From NCBI GenBank assembly GCA_012295275.1, contig CM022679.1, positions 4,836,001 to 4,900,000 on the forward strand: a stretch of 64,000 nucleotides of DNA. The letters run 5' to 3'. Origin of the DNA: Chrysomallon squamiferum (Eukaryota; Animalia; Mollusca). This document shows positions 41,424 through 57,000 of the stretch, piece by piece; within the stretch, counting starts at the first letter, position 1; every line of letters begins with the position of its first letter. The notes under the pieces were generated by a model. The model did no database searches. It worked only from the letters and a program-made list of their open reading frames with translations, and had not been told where the DNA came from. Made by a program: the position numbers and the translations under genes.

Positions 41424-44400
41424 CACCCTCGTCGATAAACGCGATGATGTTGACGAATGCGATCCCCTCCCTTGAAACAGGTGCGGCAGCTGAATCGCGT
41501 GCTGCTTTGGCCTTCCTGAATATGCCAGGGTGTGGTAGGGGGTGTGACCTCTCACCTGCTCCCCCCAGCGAGTTGTAGGACCCAAAGGGGAAAATCGAAG
41601 ATTCCACAATATGTGGAACAGTCATCTGGCATAGTCAGGTCTTGCAGAATCTTGTATTAAAAACCCCCATCACAATCCTTGCAAAAACTGCTTTAGTGTG
41701 TAGTTTTACATGATTGAGTTCAGCATTTCATATTTCATATGTGAATAAAATATTGCAGATATCAAATAATCCATCTTCTGTAAGACACATTTCCATTATA
41801 AAAGTAAATTTTAAAAATACCCAATCCTTTGTCCACAGTAAGACACTACTCCATATTAAGCGTACATTGAACAGTTTCACATCTCTAATCCAGTAATTTC
41901 ATCTTAAACATTTACTAAACTCTAAATCCACTGAGTTAGAGACACTGTCATCAGTAGCAAACTTGCTTTCATAAATAAATCATTTCTACTTCTTGGGAAC
42001 TATAATTCCACTTTCTGTGGTCATGAAGTTCATATTTTTAATGTACCAGAACAGAACGAGTAAGTAAAAGAAAACAATGATCAAATGAATAAGTTTTGTT
42101 CTCCCTTTTTACACACCGTAAACAGCCGTGAAAAACTTTTGTTCTTTTCAACATACAATCCAGTCTTTATTGCTGTTTTGCAATAAATGAGAACAAAAGG
42201 TTTTAGCATTAAGCCGTGATGGTGGTGTGTGTGATTTTTCACTGGTGGCGTAGCATGAAACATTAAAAACAACCCCCTAAAAAAACCCACCTCCACCTGA
42301 ATAATGAAGTTCAGAACAAAGTGTGGTTTAACAGACCCTGTTCAATTAGCACACCAAGTGTGAAAACAAATATTTTTTTAGTCTTTGGCAAAAAAACCCA
42401 GCAAAAATCATTTGAGATGATAATAAAGTGAGGAAAAAAATAATAATAAAAAAAGAATAATTAAATTAAATGGAAAAATATATAAGTAGATACATATATA
42501 TCATGAACAAAAACTAATTAAGGCACTTAAAAAAACCACCTGATATTTCTTTTTTTTTATTAATTTTTAAAATATACTGATTTAGTTCTTTGAAAATTAA
42601 TAGATTTCTCAAGCCAACTTAAATCATTAGCTTTAAACTTTATTTACAAAACACGTTTCAGCTTTATAAATATGAATACAGATTTCATGTTTACAAATAT
42701 TAATCAACAAAGGTATCAAATTTATAAACATTAATTAATATACTTATGTAGGAATATGAATTAATTATTACACATAATGCATCTGTCAACAATTATGAGA
42801 ATACTCACTCTGACTTTTTTTTAGTCACTTGATCTTCAGTAATTAATTCAAATCATTTTATAACATGTATTAATTCTAAATAAAATGAAATATTAAATGT
42901 AGTACTACTCTTTCCTAGGATAAATAAAAAGTTCCAATAATGTTTGTATTTCAACTTCACTTTTAACAATCAGTTGATTACTATGTCACCTTAAAAACAC
43001 TTTTAATTAATGCTTTATCTTTCTGAGAATAACCATACCTTTATGAAAACCAGTTAAAACAAACAAACAAACAAAAAGATGAATAAATCCAAGAATTTTC
43101 ACTTATAAACTTCTTTTTTTTTTTTTAAAAAAAAAAAAAATCCTTAGACAATCCAACTTGTAAGAAATATATGTAGAATGAATGAATAAAAGAATCTGTA
43201 GAGTTTTTATAAAATATTTCAGTTTTCCTCAAGTGACACCAAACAATCTCATCCTGATAACTATCTCACAGTTTTTCACCAACAGGTAAAAACAGAGCCA
43301 TTACTATGACAACAGATGAGCGAACATCCCAGGTAAAAAATTATCTGATACTGTGGAATGGTTAGGAAGGATCTGTTGTTCAACGGGTGGTGTGTTGTCC
43401 CACTGGTTAGGGAGGGAAGGTCAGGTTGCTATTGAAACAGTGAAGTACATACACATCATAAATAAACACCTATCACTTAAATGACATTCTGTGTCTGCTT
43501 GTCAACTAGATACGACCATCTTCAACAGCAGTCACTTTTTTTTTTGTGTGTGTGTGCATTCCTGAGAGAAATCATTAACTACACCTTCCATTCTTTTCTC
43601 TCCTTCTCCCCCTTCTCATGCTGAATGGATTCTTCTTAATTGCTTTCCATCATAAATCCAAAAATTTTCCTTAATTAAAGCAGAATCATCGGTGGGTGGT
43701 GGTTTTTTTTTTTTTTTGGTTTTGTTATAATGTGTGTGTGTATCTGGTTTGGCCAATCAGGCTTGTGTCAATATGAGATGAATAACTTATCAGGCATGAC
43801 AGTAACAATGGCTGCATGTGACTCTGACATCAATGATAATGAGAGAGAGATAAAAAAAAAAAAAAAAAAAAAACACTTGTCAAAGAGCCATCATTAAGGT
43901 GTTGGCTGGCACCAAGCAAATTGCTGGGACATCGTTAAATTGAACTTGTCACCAATATTGATGTTTGAGTAACTATCTATCCAAACACACATTTTCACAT
44001 GGTCTGTGAGAACTGTGGTCAATACAGAAGTGTATTGACACAAAACTTCCAACAAACACAGTACATTTATGTGTGCTGGTAAGTACATAGATGATTGCTT
44101 TTGTTTGTTGAAATGCTGATTAGGTTTGGAAATTTTACACAATTAAACACAAATCTGGATTAATCAAGATATTTATTAAAACAGTTTTATCTCTAATTTA
44201 TGCTTCAAAAGCTAAATATAAATACAACTGACTTTCTTTAGAAAACAAACACCAGGACTTTTAAGAATGTAAATTTAGAATTTTACAACATTAGTCATTG
44301 TTTATTGATTATCATGAAAATATTTTTTAAATGTTCCCTCATTTCACTTTGTCAATTTATTTAAAATTATATTAATGTTTTACATAACAATAAATAAATC

Positions 44401-44787
44401 AATATGTTATGAATGTCAAGTTTTAAACACAAATAAATTAGTTTTTAAAAAGATAAAACAAAATCAGTATACAAGCAATGGTATATATCTGTATGAATAT
44501 ATATATATGAACATACATATATGTGTGTGCATGTAGAAGTGTATTTATTCAAATAAAAAAACAAATTAAAATAATAAAATAAAAAGAAAGAAGACAAAAG
44601 TATCTTGTTAACTTGAAACCGTAGATTATTTATTTTTTCATTTAGATCTGGAAGTCTGTATTGTCAACATCACAACTCTAACATAACATTTCTTTACTAA
44701 AACACACCCACATCAAGTCACAATGAATAATAACTTAGCTTTTCACAGATTCAAAGATAAATTTATCACTTTGAAAAATATCTATCT

Positions 44788-44790
<3 letters not shown>

Positions 44791-44861
<71 letters not shown>
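44791..44861. repeat. (GA)n microsatellite
   Basis: Direct reading. Confidence 0.95.
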
Positions 44862-44867
<6 letters not shown>

Positions 44868-45503
44868 AATAAAAAAATTAAAAAATTAAAAATTCAAAGA
44901 AATAAAAACAGAAGGAAAAACAAACAGAAAATCTCTCCACCAGCAGAATGAATCACTAATGAAAACAAATAAAAATCACCTTAGATACAGCGTCTGTCCA
45001 TTCAGCTGTCTACGATTGGTTGCTTTTCTCTGTCATGGGATCGAAAGAGCCAATGAGAAGAAAGTGTAAGAGATAGATGTCTGTTCTGATTAACAACGTA
45101 TGTGTTTACAACAGTTGTGGTAACAATGGAGTTGTGAAATATGAGAACTTTCTCACATTAACTGTTGAGACATTCTGGAAACCTTTTATGACATCAGTGT
45201 CATGAAATATATATAAAAAGATTTTTTAATTAGAACCTTAAAATAGCACACTGGACAATTTCCAACAGGAAATTGTGAGAGCTGTAGTTTACATTGAATT
45301 AAAGTATGGTCTACTTGTTGTCATAGAAATACACATTTGCACACATTACTTACACATCCACAAACACACATACATTTATTAATGTGTTATACAGATATAA
45401 TTACAAACACAAATACACATAACATTCATTTTGAATGTGGGCTTTTGTTTATTTTATTAATTTAATATACACTTTAAAACTGTCAAGGTTATATGTCTAC
45501 ATC

Positions 45504-45542
<39 letters not shown>

Positions 45543-47940
45543 ATGTGAATCTTTTTTGTACGATCATTTTAAACCATTTTTCGAAACATTTTTCTTTCTT
45601 TCTTTCTTTTTTCTTAATCAGAATAGTGATTTGAAATTCAGTTCTTCTTGTTTATATTATTTTTTTTACCTATGTTTTTGTCTTCATAACAAAATTCATT
45701 TCATTCTAAAAGTTATGTACACAGTAAAAGTTGATACCCTCCCCTTTCTAAAAACCTGGGATCTGTCCTTGCTTTTGTTCAAACACTTACAATTCACTTA
45801 TCCTCTTACGTGGAATTTAGCACCAGAACAAATGTTATTACCATGGAAACCAAAATAAACATATCAAAACAATTCTCAGAATACCTTTAACATTTGAGCA
45901 GAGATGTTATCAATTGATTTGTTATTGTAAGTAATGGGGTAAAAAATCAATTAGGTTTTAATATTTTATTATCCGATTCTGTCTTATTTGTTTCCACTAT
46001 ATTTTTGTTCAGTTATTAATTTTTTTAATTTATTTATTTTTTTGTTTTTAGATATTTTACTTTATCCAAAACATATTTATTAATAGATGTTTATTTTATT
46101 AATTTATTTATTTTCAAGATATGTTTCTGAATTTTATTTTGAGTTTCTTTAATTTTCTCAATTTTATTAATAGATTTATTTTACTCTTTTTTTGCAAGAC
46201 ATGACTAACTCCTTTTTGTAGACAATTTATTTATTTTTATTTTTTCTGAAGTAAATGAAAATTATGTAAATTTTTGAAATCTCTTGAGACATAAACAAAT
46301 GGAATAATAATAATAATAATAAGAAGAAGAAGAAGAAGAAGAAGAACGAAGAAGAAGAAGAAGAAGAAGAATTAATAACAATAAATATAATAATAATCAT
46401 AATTTTTAAGCCTACAGAAAAAATACTTCAATCACAAAATAATTATAATAGTAATAATGATGATGATGGGTAACAATGACGATGATTATGACAATGATAA
46501 AAATAATAAAAAAATAAATATATAATTTTTAAATAAAACCAAACTGAACAGGCCTACTATTGTAACTGAAACAAACAACATTAACTTTAATTTCCAAAAA
46601 ATAATAATAAAATAAATAAATAAATATAATACAAAAATTGTGTCTATACAGAACTTCTACCATCACCACAGATTAATGGTCATCTTTAAAACTGCTACAA
46701 AACTCTACGACACAGATTAATTGTAACTCAGACCTCACTGCACTGTTTATTTCAGACAAAGAGAAAGACAAGGGCATTATTAACATTTCATACATAATCA
46801 TTTACAGTGAATAAATCCAGTGAACTGTTGCATCAAAGTTTACAGAGCTGTGCTTCGTAGTGGCCTCCATGACATTTCAATGTCTTCATGTCTGTGTTTG
46901 TTCCGAATGTTTTTAAACACAAAAGCCTGGGATTATGAATGCTCAGCAAATGACAGGACAGATTTGGTGAGGTGTGTTATATGTGAATGACAGCTGACAG
47001 ATTTGGTGTCACCAAAAAACAAAACATGATTTTTTGCCCTTTCCAAAAGCTGGGTTCACGTTGATGTCTTACTAACAACTAAAACTGAATCAGATTACGT
47101 TAACTGTTACGTATGATATAGTTTCATAAAATCTGAAATTTTGTTTTGAGTGTATTTTAGGTATCAGTGAAAATAAACTATTCAGAAAACAAGTTCATGT
47201 TGTTTGACTGTTGACAGGAACTGAAACCAAAATCAGTGTAAAATAATTAACAGACTTACAGTTTCCTACAACTGGTTTGAGATGTAAATTCAGTATCACA
47301 AGTACTGGTGTAGATTAATTTGAAACGCGAAAGTTTTACATTAATCATGTAGATTGTACAATGTAAATGTCTATTCCAGCCAATGTTTTGAAGCAAAACA
47401 ACAAGAAATTACAATGTTTTAGGAGAATGAGGAATTCATATCCTTTTCTGGCTTTTAAGAACCCCAGGAAAAGTGTATTAAAAACAGGCATTAAAATGGT
47501 AAACTTTCCAAAAGAATGCACAACAATGATAAAATCTATATAAACACACTGAAATAACAAAATCCACAAGATGAAGAAATGATTCAATTAAATAAAAAAT
47601 ACCAAAATCCACAACAGGAATTTTAAAAATAGTTATTCAAATTCCTAATGTATTTCAGTTAATTCTGTTAATAAAGAATACTAACAAAGAAAATATCATA
47701 GATGGAAAGAAATACAAAAAAACTAATTAAACAGGGAAAGATATTTAAAAAAACGTTTACCAGCAGGCAAGAGATATTCAAGAAACTGATAAGAGTTACC
47801 TCCCATCATAGAGAGAGAAAAAATAATGGTGGCTAATAATAAACTGATTACAAATACCAAATGCCCAATATTCATTAATATAAAGAGGTATAATGTATCA
47901 TTAAAAAAAAATTAATAATAATAAAAATAATAATAATATC

Positions 47941-47942
<2 letters not shown>

Positions 47943-47996
<54 letters not shown>
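47943..47996. repeat. (TG)n microsatellite
   Basis: Direct reading. Confidence 0.95.
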
Positions 47997-47997
<1 letters not shown>

Positions 47998-48179
47998 TGA
48001 CAGATTTCCTTTTATAACAATACCTCCACAGAAGTTTGTTTTAGTTTTTCCTTAATTATTATCTTCTCATTGTATTAAGTAAAGACATCACTCTTGTAGA
48101 GCTTCATGAATCAGTTGATTTGGCAGTACTCAACAAATATGTAACAACTAATAGTCTTATTAACTTTCACTTTATAAAA

Positions 48180-48492
48180 TAAAGCATAAAAGTTTAGAAC
48201 AGTGTGTAAGAGTAAACAAAATATGTGACAAATGACAGTATCATTAAATAAATAGACTAAAGCATAAAAGATTTAAAAGATTGTGTAATAGTAGTAAACA
48301 AAATATGTGACAAATGATAGTATTATTAAATAAATAAACCAAAGCATAAAAGATTTAGAAGACTGTGTAATCGTAGTAAACAAAATATGTGACATATGAC
48401 AGTATTATTAAATAAATAAACCACAGCATAAAGATTTAGAAGATAGTGTAATAGTAGTAAACAAAATTAGTGACAAACGATATTATTATTAA
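48180..48492. repeat. Tandem repeat, ~80-bp unit, ~4 copies
   Basis: AAAGCATAAAAGATTTAGAAGA..GTGTAATAGTAGTAAACAAAATATGTGACAAATGACAGTATTATTAAATAAAT recurs at ~48181, 48259, 48341 and 48423. Confidence 0.9.
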
Positions 48493-51400
48493 CATTCAGT
48501 ACACAACACGAAAGATAAAGCTATTATTACTACAGATTTAGATGACATTAAGATTGGTAATCTTAAAACTACTGAACTGGAAAGCTTCCGTGGGGTCCAG
48601 ATAAAGTATTTATATATATATATTAAATGCACAGATAATATTTTATTGATTAATAAATATGAATCAAATCTGGTATTTCAATGTGTTTTTAAATACACAT
48701 CAATTTTAGAGCTATGTTTGTTGTATATTTCTTTGCTGCTGTTGTTGTGTTGTTGTTGCTGTTGTTGTTAGGTATGATAGTGCTAATGGAAGAGTAGCTA
48801 ACTGAGTGGTGGTAGTAGATGTGTATTCAAAATAAGTTACAGCAGTAGGTGTTGTGATCACTGTTCTAGTAACAGTTAAATAAGTAGCAGACACAGTGTT
48901 AGAGGAAGAAATAGCAGCATTATCTGCAATACTAACTACTATTTATTTCTTTATATTTAAAAAGAAATTATTTTTATTTTCTCAAAAATAAAAAAAATGA
49001 ATTCATTATATAAATTTAAAAAAATATAGAAAACATAATAATAATTAATAATAATAATAATAATAATTAATAATAATAATAATAAAAACAACAACAATAA
49101 TAAATAATACTAATAATAAATATTTTATATATAAATAAATAAAAAGGAAATAATTAAAATAAAGAAATAAATATATAACAACATAAATAAATAAAAAACA
49201 AAAATTAATAAATAAGAAAAATATACTAACATAATTTACAGTTAAAAACCAACCCACAATACACTTCTCCACAATAAACCCCATGAAAAACAAATGCAAT
49301 CCAATTTGTAATTATTATATCAACGAGATTCAATAATATTGTCTTCTTTTTATATATACGTGTGTTTATCATCATCATCATCATCATCATTATTATATTA
49401 TCGTCATTATTATCATTACTATTATTATCAATATTATTATTATTATTATTACTATTATTATTATTATTGTGTGTTATTATATATCCCAAACAAACAAATA
49501 TATGCATAAACATTCTGAAACTCAACACTGATAAGCTGGCAAGAATTCTTTCTTGTCGTGCAGCTCACAAAAGACTCTGACACGCAATGACAAGAACGTG
49601 GAGCAAGCCACTACACGATTACTAATAACAATTAAATCATTGTTCTCAATATAAGTTTTGTCCTGTAAGATGTTTGTCCATCAAACTTTATGAAAAAAAA
49701 ACAAAAAACAACCACACACACACACTCACAACAAACAACACATGATATCCAATATGGGTGGAAACGAAGGGTTGTCGAACGGTTACAACAGAAAACGTAT
49801 ACCAGGAGACGTCCAAAAGCTTTGTCCATGCCAAACAAATCAATATAATGGATATTATTATTTTATGACATTTTGGAATCTGATTGCTGTAGATCAGATA
49901 AAAAAAACGGGGGAGTGTTCCAGAAATGATTACAGGTATCAGGTGATAGTTTTTATAAAAAGGAGGGCAGAAAATGCCTGCTTTAATTTCTTTGAATAAT
50001 GTTATGTATATATACGTTGTTATTTGTGATACCAGTGATTGTTGTATTTTTTCACTAACAATATTATTTACTGTTTGAAGCATTATGTGCATTTTCCAAA
50101 GACATAATCGTATGACTCTCTAGGGTAAATGCTGGAATAGGTAAAGCACCCTGTAACGATGAGACGTTTGATGTTCCAGTCAAACAAAATGTTCACTGAC
50201 AATTATTATACCTGTGACTCTTTGCTTATTCTTTTGCTATAACAGTAATGGTTTTACTGAGAAAAAAAACTTGATAGGTGCAGTGATCTCTTAGCACCAA
50301 GCAACAGTGCACTCCCATTTGCAAACAATCCATTCCCTTTTTTGGACAGCTCAATCTCAGTTTTTGACAGCCCACCTCCAAGGTTTCTGACAATCCCCTT
50401 ATAGTTCCTGAAACTCCAGACCCAGTTTCTGACAGTCCATTCCCAGTTTCTTAGAGATCATTTTTCAGTTCCTGGACTGAGTCAGCAGGTATGTAACAAA
50501 GAAAAACTTACAATACATACACATAAAAAAAAAAGTCATTAATAATTCAGTGTATGTTCAAACAAGTTTCTTGAAAAAAGATCAATAAATTATTCCAGTG
50601 AAAATAAAAAATGAAGTTTTGGATTAGGATATGGTGAGGTTTTTGACAGGGTTTTGTCAACTAGAGTTTTTCAAGATACAGAATGTGTTTTTTTTTTAAA
50701 CTTGATATCTATGTGGGATTTCCTAAGCCCTGTAAATTATTTCAAGGGTTCCTCCATGGTTAAAATGTTATAAAAGATTCCTCAACACTATGGACAATTG
50801 CTGAGGCTCTATTTGGTGTAATAAAAATTCTGTGTCACAAACCGTTAGGTTCTGGAGAGAATATATAAAGTGTCAATTCTGGTGTAAATTTTGGTCTAAA
50901 TGTGTCTCATAATGAGCTCAGTTTTTACAGTTTCTTTGTTATTTCATTTTATTGATATTCATCTAGTTGTTAAACACAGTACTAAATACAGTAATAATTC
51001 TACAAATCTTTTATTTTATTTCTTATCTTCGGATGAATCAAACATCTAAAAATATCAAACTTATACCAAACAAATCTCCCATACCTTATGTTTTTAGCCA
51101 GCCTGAACTGATTAATTTGTTTAATACAATAGAGTCACATTAACTTTTATTCACAATGACCAGTTGAGGATCCAAACAAAATTGTGCCGATAAAAAATAA
51201 GCTCATAAAATTTTCACAACTTTCCAGCATACACGAAAGAAAAGAATTGCTAAAATAGTGTTACTTATAGGTGATCAATAAAACTAATTTTTAAAATGAA
51301 GCTGTTGGTTAACGAAGAAAACAAATCTTGGTGTTTCCAAAACAAAAATCAACAAAATAATAGCAACCTAGGTCTATAGTTTATAGTGATTGTGTGTGTG

Positions 51401-51544
51401 TGTGTTAGAGAAAGAGACAGAAAGAGAGAAAGAAAAAGAGAGAGAGGGGTAGATAGGTAGTAAAAAGGTATGTATGAAGAAAATGATGAGTTTGAATACT
51501 TATGTTAATTAAAAAAATTAATTTGATAAAATCAAATTAAATAA

Positions 51545-51578
<34 letters not shown>

Positions 51579-52127
51579 CTAAAAAAACAAAACAATTAAA
51601 ATAAATTTAAAATTAAATCTAAAATTAATACAATTCAAGTTAAAATCTAAAATGGATGAAACCTAACTCAAATAAAAACTCTAACACTGACAAAACATAA
51701 ATAAATTTAAATAATAAAATCATGAAACCATCTTTTTTCTGATTAAATCTGTAACACACTAACACTCTCTTTGGACTTGTATGTCCAAGACAAACATGCT
51801 AGAATGTTCAGGTGATTTAAAGCACCTTGTAAATGACTAATGAGTTGAAAGCCACACTTAACTATGTAGAGGGTTTTTTTTTTTCAAACTGAAGGTGAAA
51901 ACTGCCCTAATTCTTAACAAGAAATACAGCATTATAGATCAGTATTTCTGTGTCATTAAGAATATGTAACAATGTTATTACATCATCCATGTCACATATG
52001 TAGTATTATTTTTATTGCATAATCCATGAAACATACAAAGTGTATAATGCAACACAGTGCAAGTAGGATCATCTGATGGATTATCTTAAAACAATCCCAA
52101 ACCAATGTAAATAAGCAGTTAACAACC

Positions 52128-52200
52128 AGCCTTCATGGCACTGTGGTTGAACTAATGACTGTTACATTGCTAGATTCTGGGATCAAACCCCGATGTAAGC
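52128..52200 (+). mobile_element. Degenerate tRNA-derived SINE head
   Basis: A-box-like TGGCACTGTGG (52136) and B-box-like GGGATCAAACCC (52179) at tRNA-like spacing; no cloverleaf. Confidence 0.4.
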
Positions 52201-52996
52201 CAAAGCTACTATTTAATCAATACATAATGCGTAAATATAGAAGTTTTTTTTTTTTAAACACATATAATTAAACTTATGTATTAAAATAACTGAAAATCTC
52301 TAAAAACCTTGATTTAAAAATCTGAATATCAAGGTAATCAATAATTTAGATAATTTTGTAAATTAAATTTTTATCACTTCAGAATTAAATGTAAAGATGT
52401 CAGAGTAAGTACTGATTTAAGTACAGATATATTAATATACAGCTGCATCAAGCTCATTGTAAATGCTACAACCCACTGAAAAAAAAAAAAAAAAAAACCT
52501 AACTACATTAAAATAATTAATAATAAAACAAAAAAACAAGAAGAAATTAATAAAAGAAAATTTGAAATAAATGCAATATCATTACAAAAAGAAGGCAATT
52601 CAGGTTGAAATCATAAAAGTGTAATTGTATAAAATAAAACTGTCACATTGTCTATTACAAGTAAATTCTACAAAGTTAATTTACTGTAAGCAGACTTCAT
52701 TAACAGGCTGTGAACCTGAACAAATGAGCTAATAAACTGTCCTTTACAAGCACACAAAACGAATGTACTTGTCACATTTTATGGGTTAAAGATTTTGTTT
52801 TTTTTTAAATTGGTGTTGGCTGGTATTTTCTTTTCTTTCTTTTCTTTTGGAAGGGAGAAATTTTCAAAAAAAAAGATTTTTATAGCCTCTCTGAAATTAG
52901 GTACAACTGCACTTACATACATACACATTAAGTTAAATACAATATAAAGAATTTAATTTTAACTTGTAGATTCTCAATTTGTGTAGAGCTATGTAC

Positions 52997-53043
<47 letters not shown>

Positions 53044-53775
53044 GAATCAGTGTTAAATGTAAATACACAAGCATTCTTTCATGCAGGCACACACACATCT
53101 AATACACTAAACTATATTCAATGACAGACACAAATACACCCATGCAAGCACAGACACACATATGCATTCACACATAAACATGTATGCATACACTTGCATA
53201 CAAACACAGAGAAATGTTCCTCCCCACATACCCTCACTAACACACTCACAGATATAACATTTACATATCCAAGTATTCACATGATAAAGATGTATTCACC
53301 TACAGATAGCTCTCTATTCACAGCAGATTATACACATGAACACACAAACACTATAGTAAATAAATAAATAAATAAATAAATGAATAAATATAAAAGCAAC
53401 AAATGTTTCTAATGTATTTATATACACGCAAGGACACATATATTGATGCATCAGAATAGCAATAGATATGGAATGATTTGGCAGAAACCTCTGGAACTGT
53501 TAAATCATATTAATAAATTAATAATGGTGAAATCAAATTAAAAACAACAGTAAACACTTTCATCGTACATAAATATATAATGATATGTCGATCGAAGTTA
53601 ATGAGTGTAAGCAATTTTGTTCTAATAAACAATAAAATATTAACTAAATCTCCCGTAAAATATACTGACAAAACTCGTAGATGTATTCTTCAATAAATAA
53701 GTAAATAGGAAAAGAAAATAAGAAAGCACATTTATCTATAACAGGAACTGATTTTGATGGAAAAAGTCAAAGAAT

Positions 53776-53836
<61 letters not shown>

Positions 53837-53953
53837 AGAGAGAGAGAGAGATGATGATGACAGTATTTGTTTAAAAAATAAAATTAATAACAACAAACAT
53901 ATGCATGTGTGTCTTTTTATTTACTTTAAAATTATTATTGTTATTAAACTTAC

Positions 53954-54081
53954 CTGATGGGTAACTGGAGGATGGCTTTACGAAGTGGTAAAGTCATTGG
54001 GGCTGAGGTTGGTGGTTTGTAACAGAACTGTAAACTTTCTCTTGGACTTGGACTCGAGCCCACAACTTCCAAATGAAACAT
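53954..54081 (-). CDS. Candidate alternative first exon 1b: MFHLEVVGSSPSPRESLQFCYKPPTSAPMTLPLRKAILQLPI(R)
   Basis: ATG with an in-frame upstream TAA, 128 nt open, perfect donor CAG|GTAAGT, phase 2 matching exon 2; GC-richer than flanks. Confidence 0.6.
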
Positions 54082-57000
54082 GATGACAACTTAAGTTTTT
54101 TACAACAATCAAAACGAAACCTGCTCTCTTAATATTTCGTCCTCAAAACTTTTTCTAATTCAGAAACGTTCTCCAAGTTTTCAGTTCTTAAATGGTTGGA
54201 TTGTTTGTCAGTGGGCAACATCTTAATCGGGTTTTCTTGAACACAAAAATGTTTAGTTTTAAATGGTCACAGAATGTTGAAAACATTTCTTCATCTGACT
54301 GAAGCACAATGACAGCAATAAGAACTTTATAGAACAATTTTGAAAATTACAATATCTATGTTTTGGGGTTTTTTTCCACTAAAATACAAAAGTATTCTCA
54401 CTGTTGAATACTGAAGATATACTGTATGATGTAATTAAAGTTGTAAAGAAAATTAATTTGAAAAATTAAATAATATAACAGTACAATAAAACGTAGTAGG
54501 CTGTTTTGTTGTTCTCTGTCACCAGTTTAATATTTACATGTATTTACATACCATAAAAGAAAATCCAAACATAAAAATGTCACTTCCACAGAACTGTACT
54601 GAACAGGTAGCTACAAATATCCAAGTCTCATTGACACTCAGCTGATCAAAGAAAATCACAGATTACAGGAAGTTTTGTAACAGGCAAATATATTTCTACA
54701 CAACACACTAATATCAGTGAACAGGTGAGAATCAAAGACATCAAATGTTTCCAAATCTCTATACAATTCTCACCCAGCACACCTGTAAAACACTTGATTA
54801 CAGGTAAGTTGTTGTAACAACACAGCAGTATATACTATTATTTGTATATATATATACGTACACCTGTAGATGAATATAATCGCAGAAGTGTATCTGTGTC
54901 AATGAAGAGGTGAGAATGAAAGAAAACAAAGGTTTCCAGATCTTACTAAGTTTCTCTCGACAGTGACCATACACCCAGTGGGATGTCGCAAGTTGTAAGT
55001 TCTTTGTTTTTCTCGCTTCAATTAGCACACTAGCAAATTCCACAGCTACAGATCAGCACTCCAGGTGAACGCCAACAAAAGGCTTGTTTATCGAAGTCTC
55101 TTTTGCTCGGGTATTTTTAGACAAGAGGGTAGCCTGTATACCCAATAAAGACTTAGCATGCTTAGTGAACCACCAACAACATTGATTTTTGTACCACACA
55201 TTGACTGAACATATACAAAGCTTGTTTTCAGTGGTCATTTCATTACTACAACAAATAAAACTGGGGGCCTATGTGGAAGTGGTGCCTCGAGGCAGTATCA
55301 ACAACACACATATTCTTCCTTTTAACCGTACCAGTCTATACAAGATCACAAAACAAACAAGAAAAAGTAAAAGAAAATTAATCAGATCTTAGAAAGGAAT
55401 ATCACGAGATGGTAGATTTTTCACCTGAACAATTCGTAATACATCAGGAATAAATGAATACAAACAGTAAGAAAATTAGTGATAATGTTTGTAATAAAAC
55501 TTGTAAAATTACTGGTATTTTAAAAAAGACTCTTGATTTAGAAATGTTTCAAATATTAACAACATATATCAAAAAGCTTTATATATTTTGGGATACCGAC
55601 AAAAAGAAAACTATTGCTGCTTATCAATTAGTTAGTCTTGAAAGCCCAACATTGATTTTTTATATACACCTATCACAATCTTTAACAGACCTGTCAGTTA
55701 ACAGAAAATGAAAATGTCCACCTTCAGGAACTGATCCTGAGATCTTTGACTCTTAGCTGAGTGTTTTACAAAAGCACAAAGGTGAATGGATTATCTTACA
55801 TATAAAAAAAGTTTAAAAAAAAAATGACTTCCTAGTTGCAAAGATAAACAGAAATTCTTTGAAACAAGTGATACCTTTAAAACATTCTGATAATACTTAC
55901 ATCCGTCAATATTAATTTCAAATCGTGCTGTCAAAGTTTATGTTTTCATGAATTATTAATCTGTAACACTGCAAAAAACCCACCCCACCCTCACTTGATT
56001 AAAAAAAAATAATTAAAAAAAAGGCCATTACTTCTCTTTCTTTCAAACCCAACAACCAACATCAATAACTCATGAAAAACAATAATTTATCTATACAATA
56101 AAAATGTATTTAAATTAATTTTTTTTTTTTTTTTTTTTTAGACATTCTTAAATTTAAAAAATTCGAAAAGATTTAAATGAAAGTGAAAGAAAAAAGAGAT
56201 TACATTATTATTATTTATTTGAGTAGTAAGATAAAAGTGATTAATGGCCAAAAAATTAGTCTGAATGTGTGTGTGCAGAGAGAGATGTATTCTGGGTGGC
56301 TTATTTTATTTACTTCTTTTTTCTTTTATGAGGTGTAATTTATGTGAAGGGAAAACTAATGGGCTACTGTTGTTGATTGTAAGTGAACTTGTACAGAAAC
56401 AGGAAAAGTACAAACCATGTTATTTTAAAAAAAAGAATTTAATCAGTGTTTTTTTTATTTTTTATTAAATCATGTATTAGTTAAAAAAATTGTGATTATC
56501 CCACCACTGATGTTTAACCCTGAGATAAAGTGAGACTGTGCAACTGAAACTGAGGCCAAGAAAGTGAGATAAGGAGAAGGAAGGAAAGAAAAAGGGGAAA
56601 AGGAGAGAGGGAGTGAAGGATTTTTTTTTTTTTGTAGTATACATTTGTAAACTTTCTATTTTATATTTTTATACTTAGTTTAAATTTTTATACTTTATTT
56701 CTTTTGACACATTCATTCACAGCTGCTGTCTAATTTTTATAACAAAATAATAAAAATCTGATGTCAGAACTTTTGTGGATAATTAAAACAAAGAGGTCAG
56801 CTACACTGTTAACCACATTACAGGCCGTTCACTTGGGCTGGTCACTTTTGTATTCCATTAACTGCTTCGAGGTATTTCATTAACCATATTCAGCTTATAA
56901 TTAATTGATATATCTCCAAATTGCTTCCACATGTCATCATGGTATTTTCCATTACGTGGCAGGCAAGAAATAGTTCTGTGTTAAAATCCTTGTATTATGT

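Noticed and set aside
49688-50092. 134-aa minus-strand ORF with a phase-2 TG|GTATAC site as a fourth first exon
   Set aside because: AT-rich, non-coding-like composition, weak donor and no recognisable motif.
54900-55300. GC-richer patch with short ORFs upstream of exon 1b
   Set aside because: No homology or phase-compatible splice sites recognised; it may be regulatory but I cannot support that.
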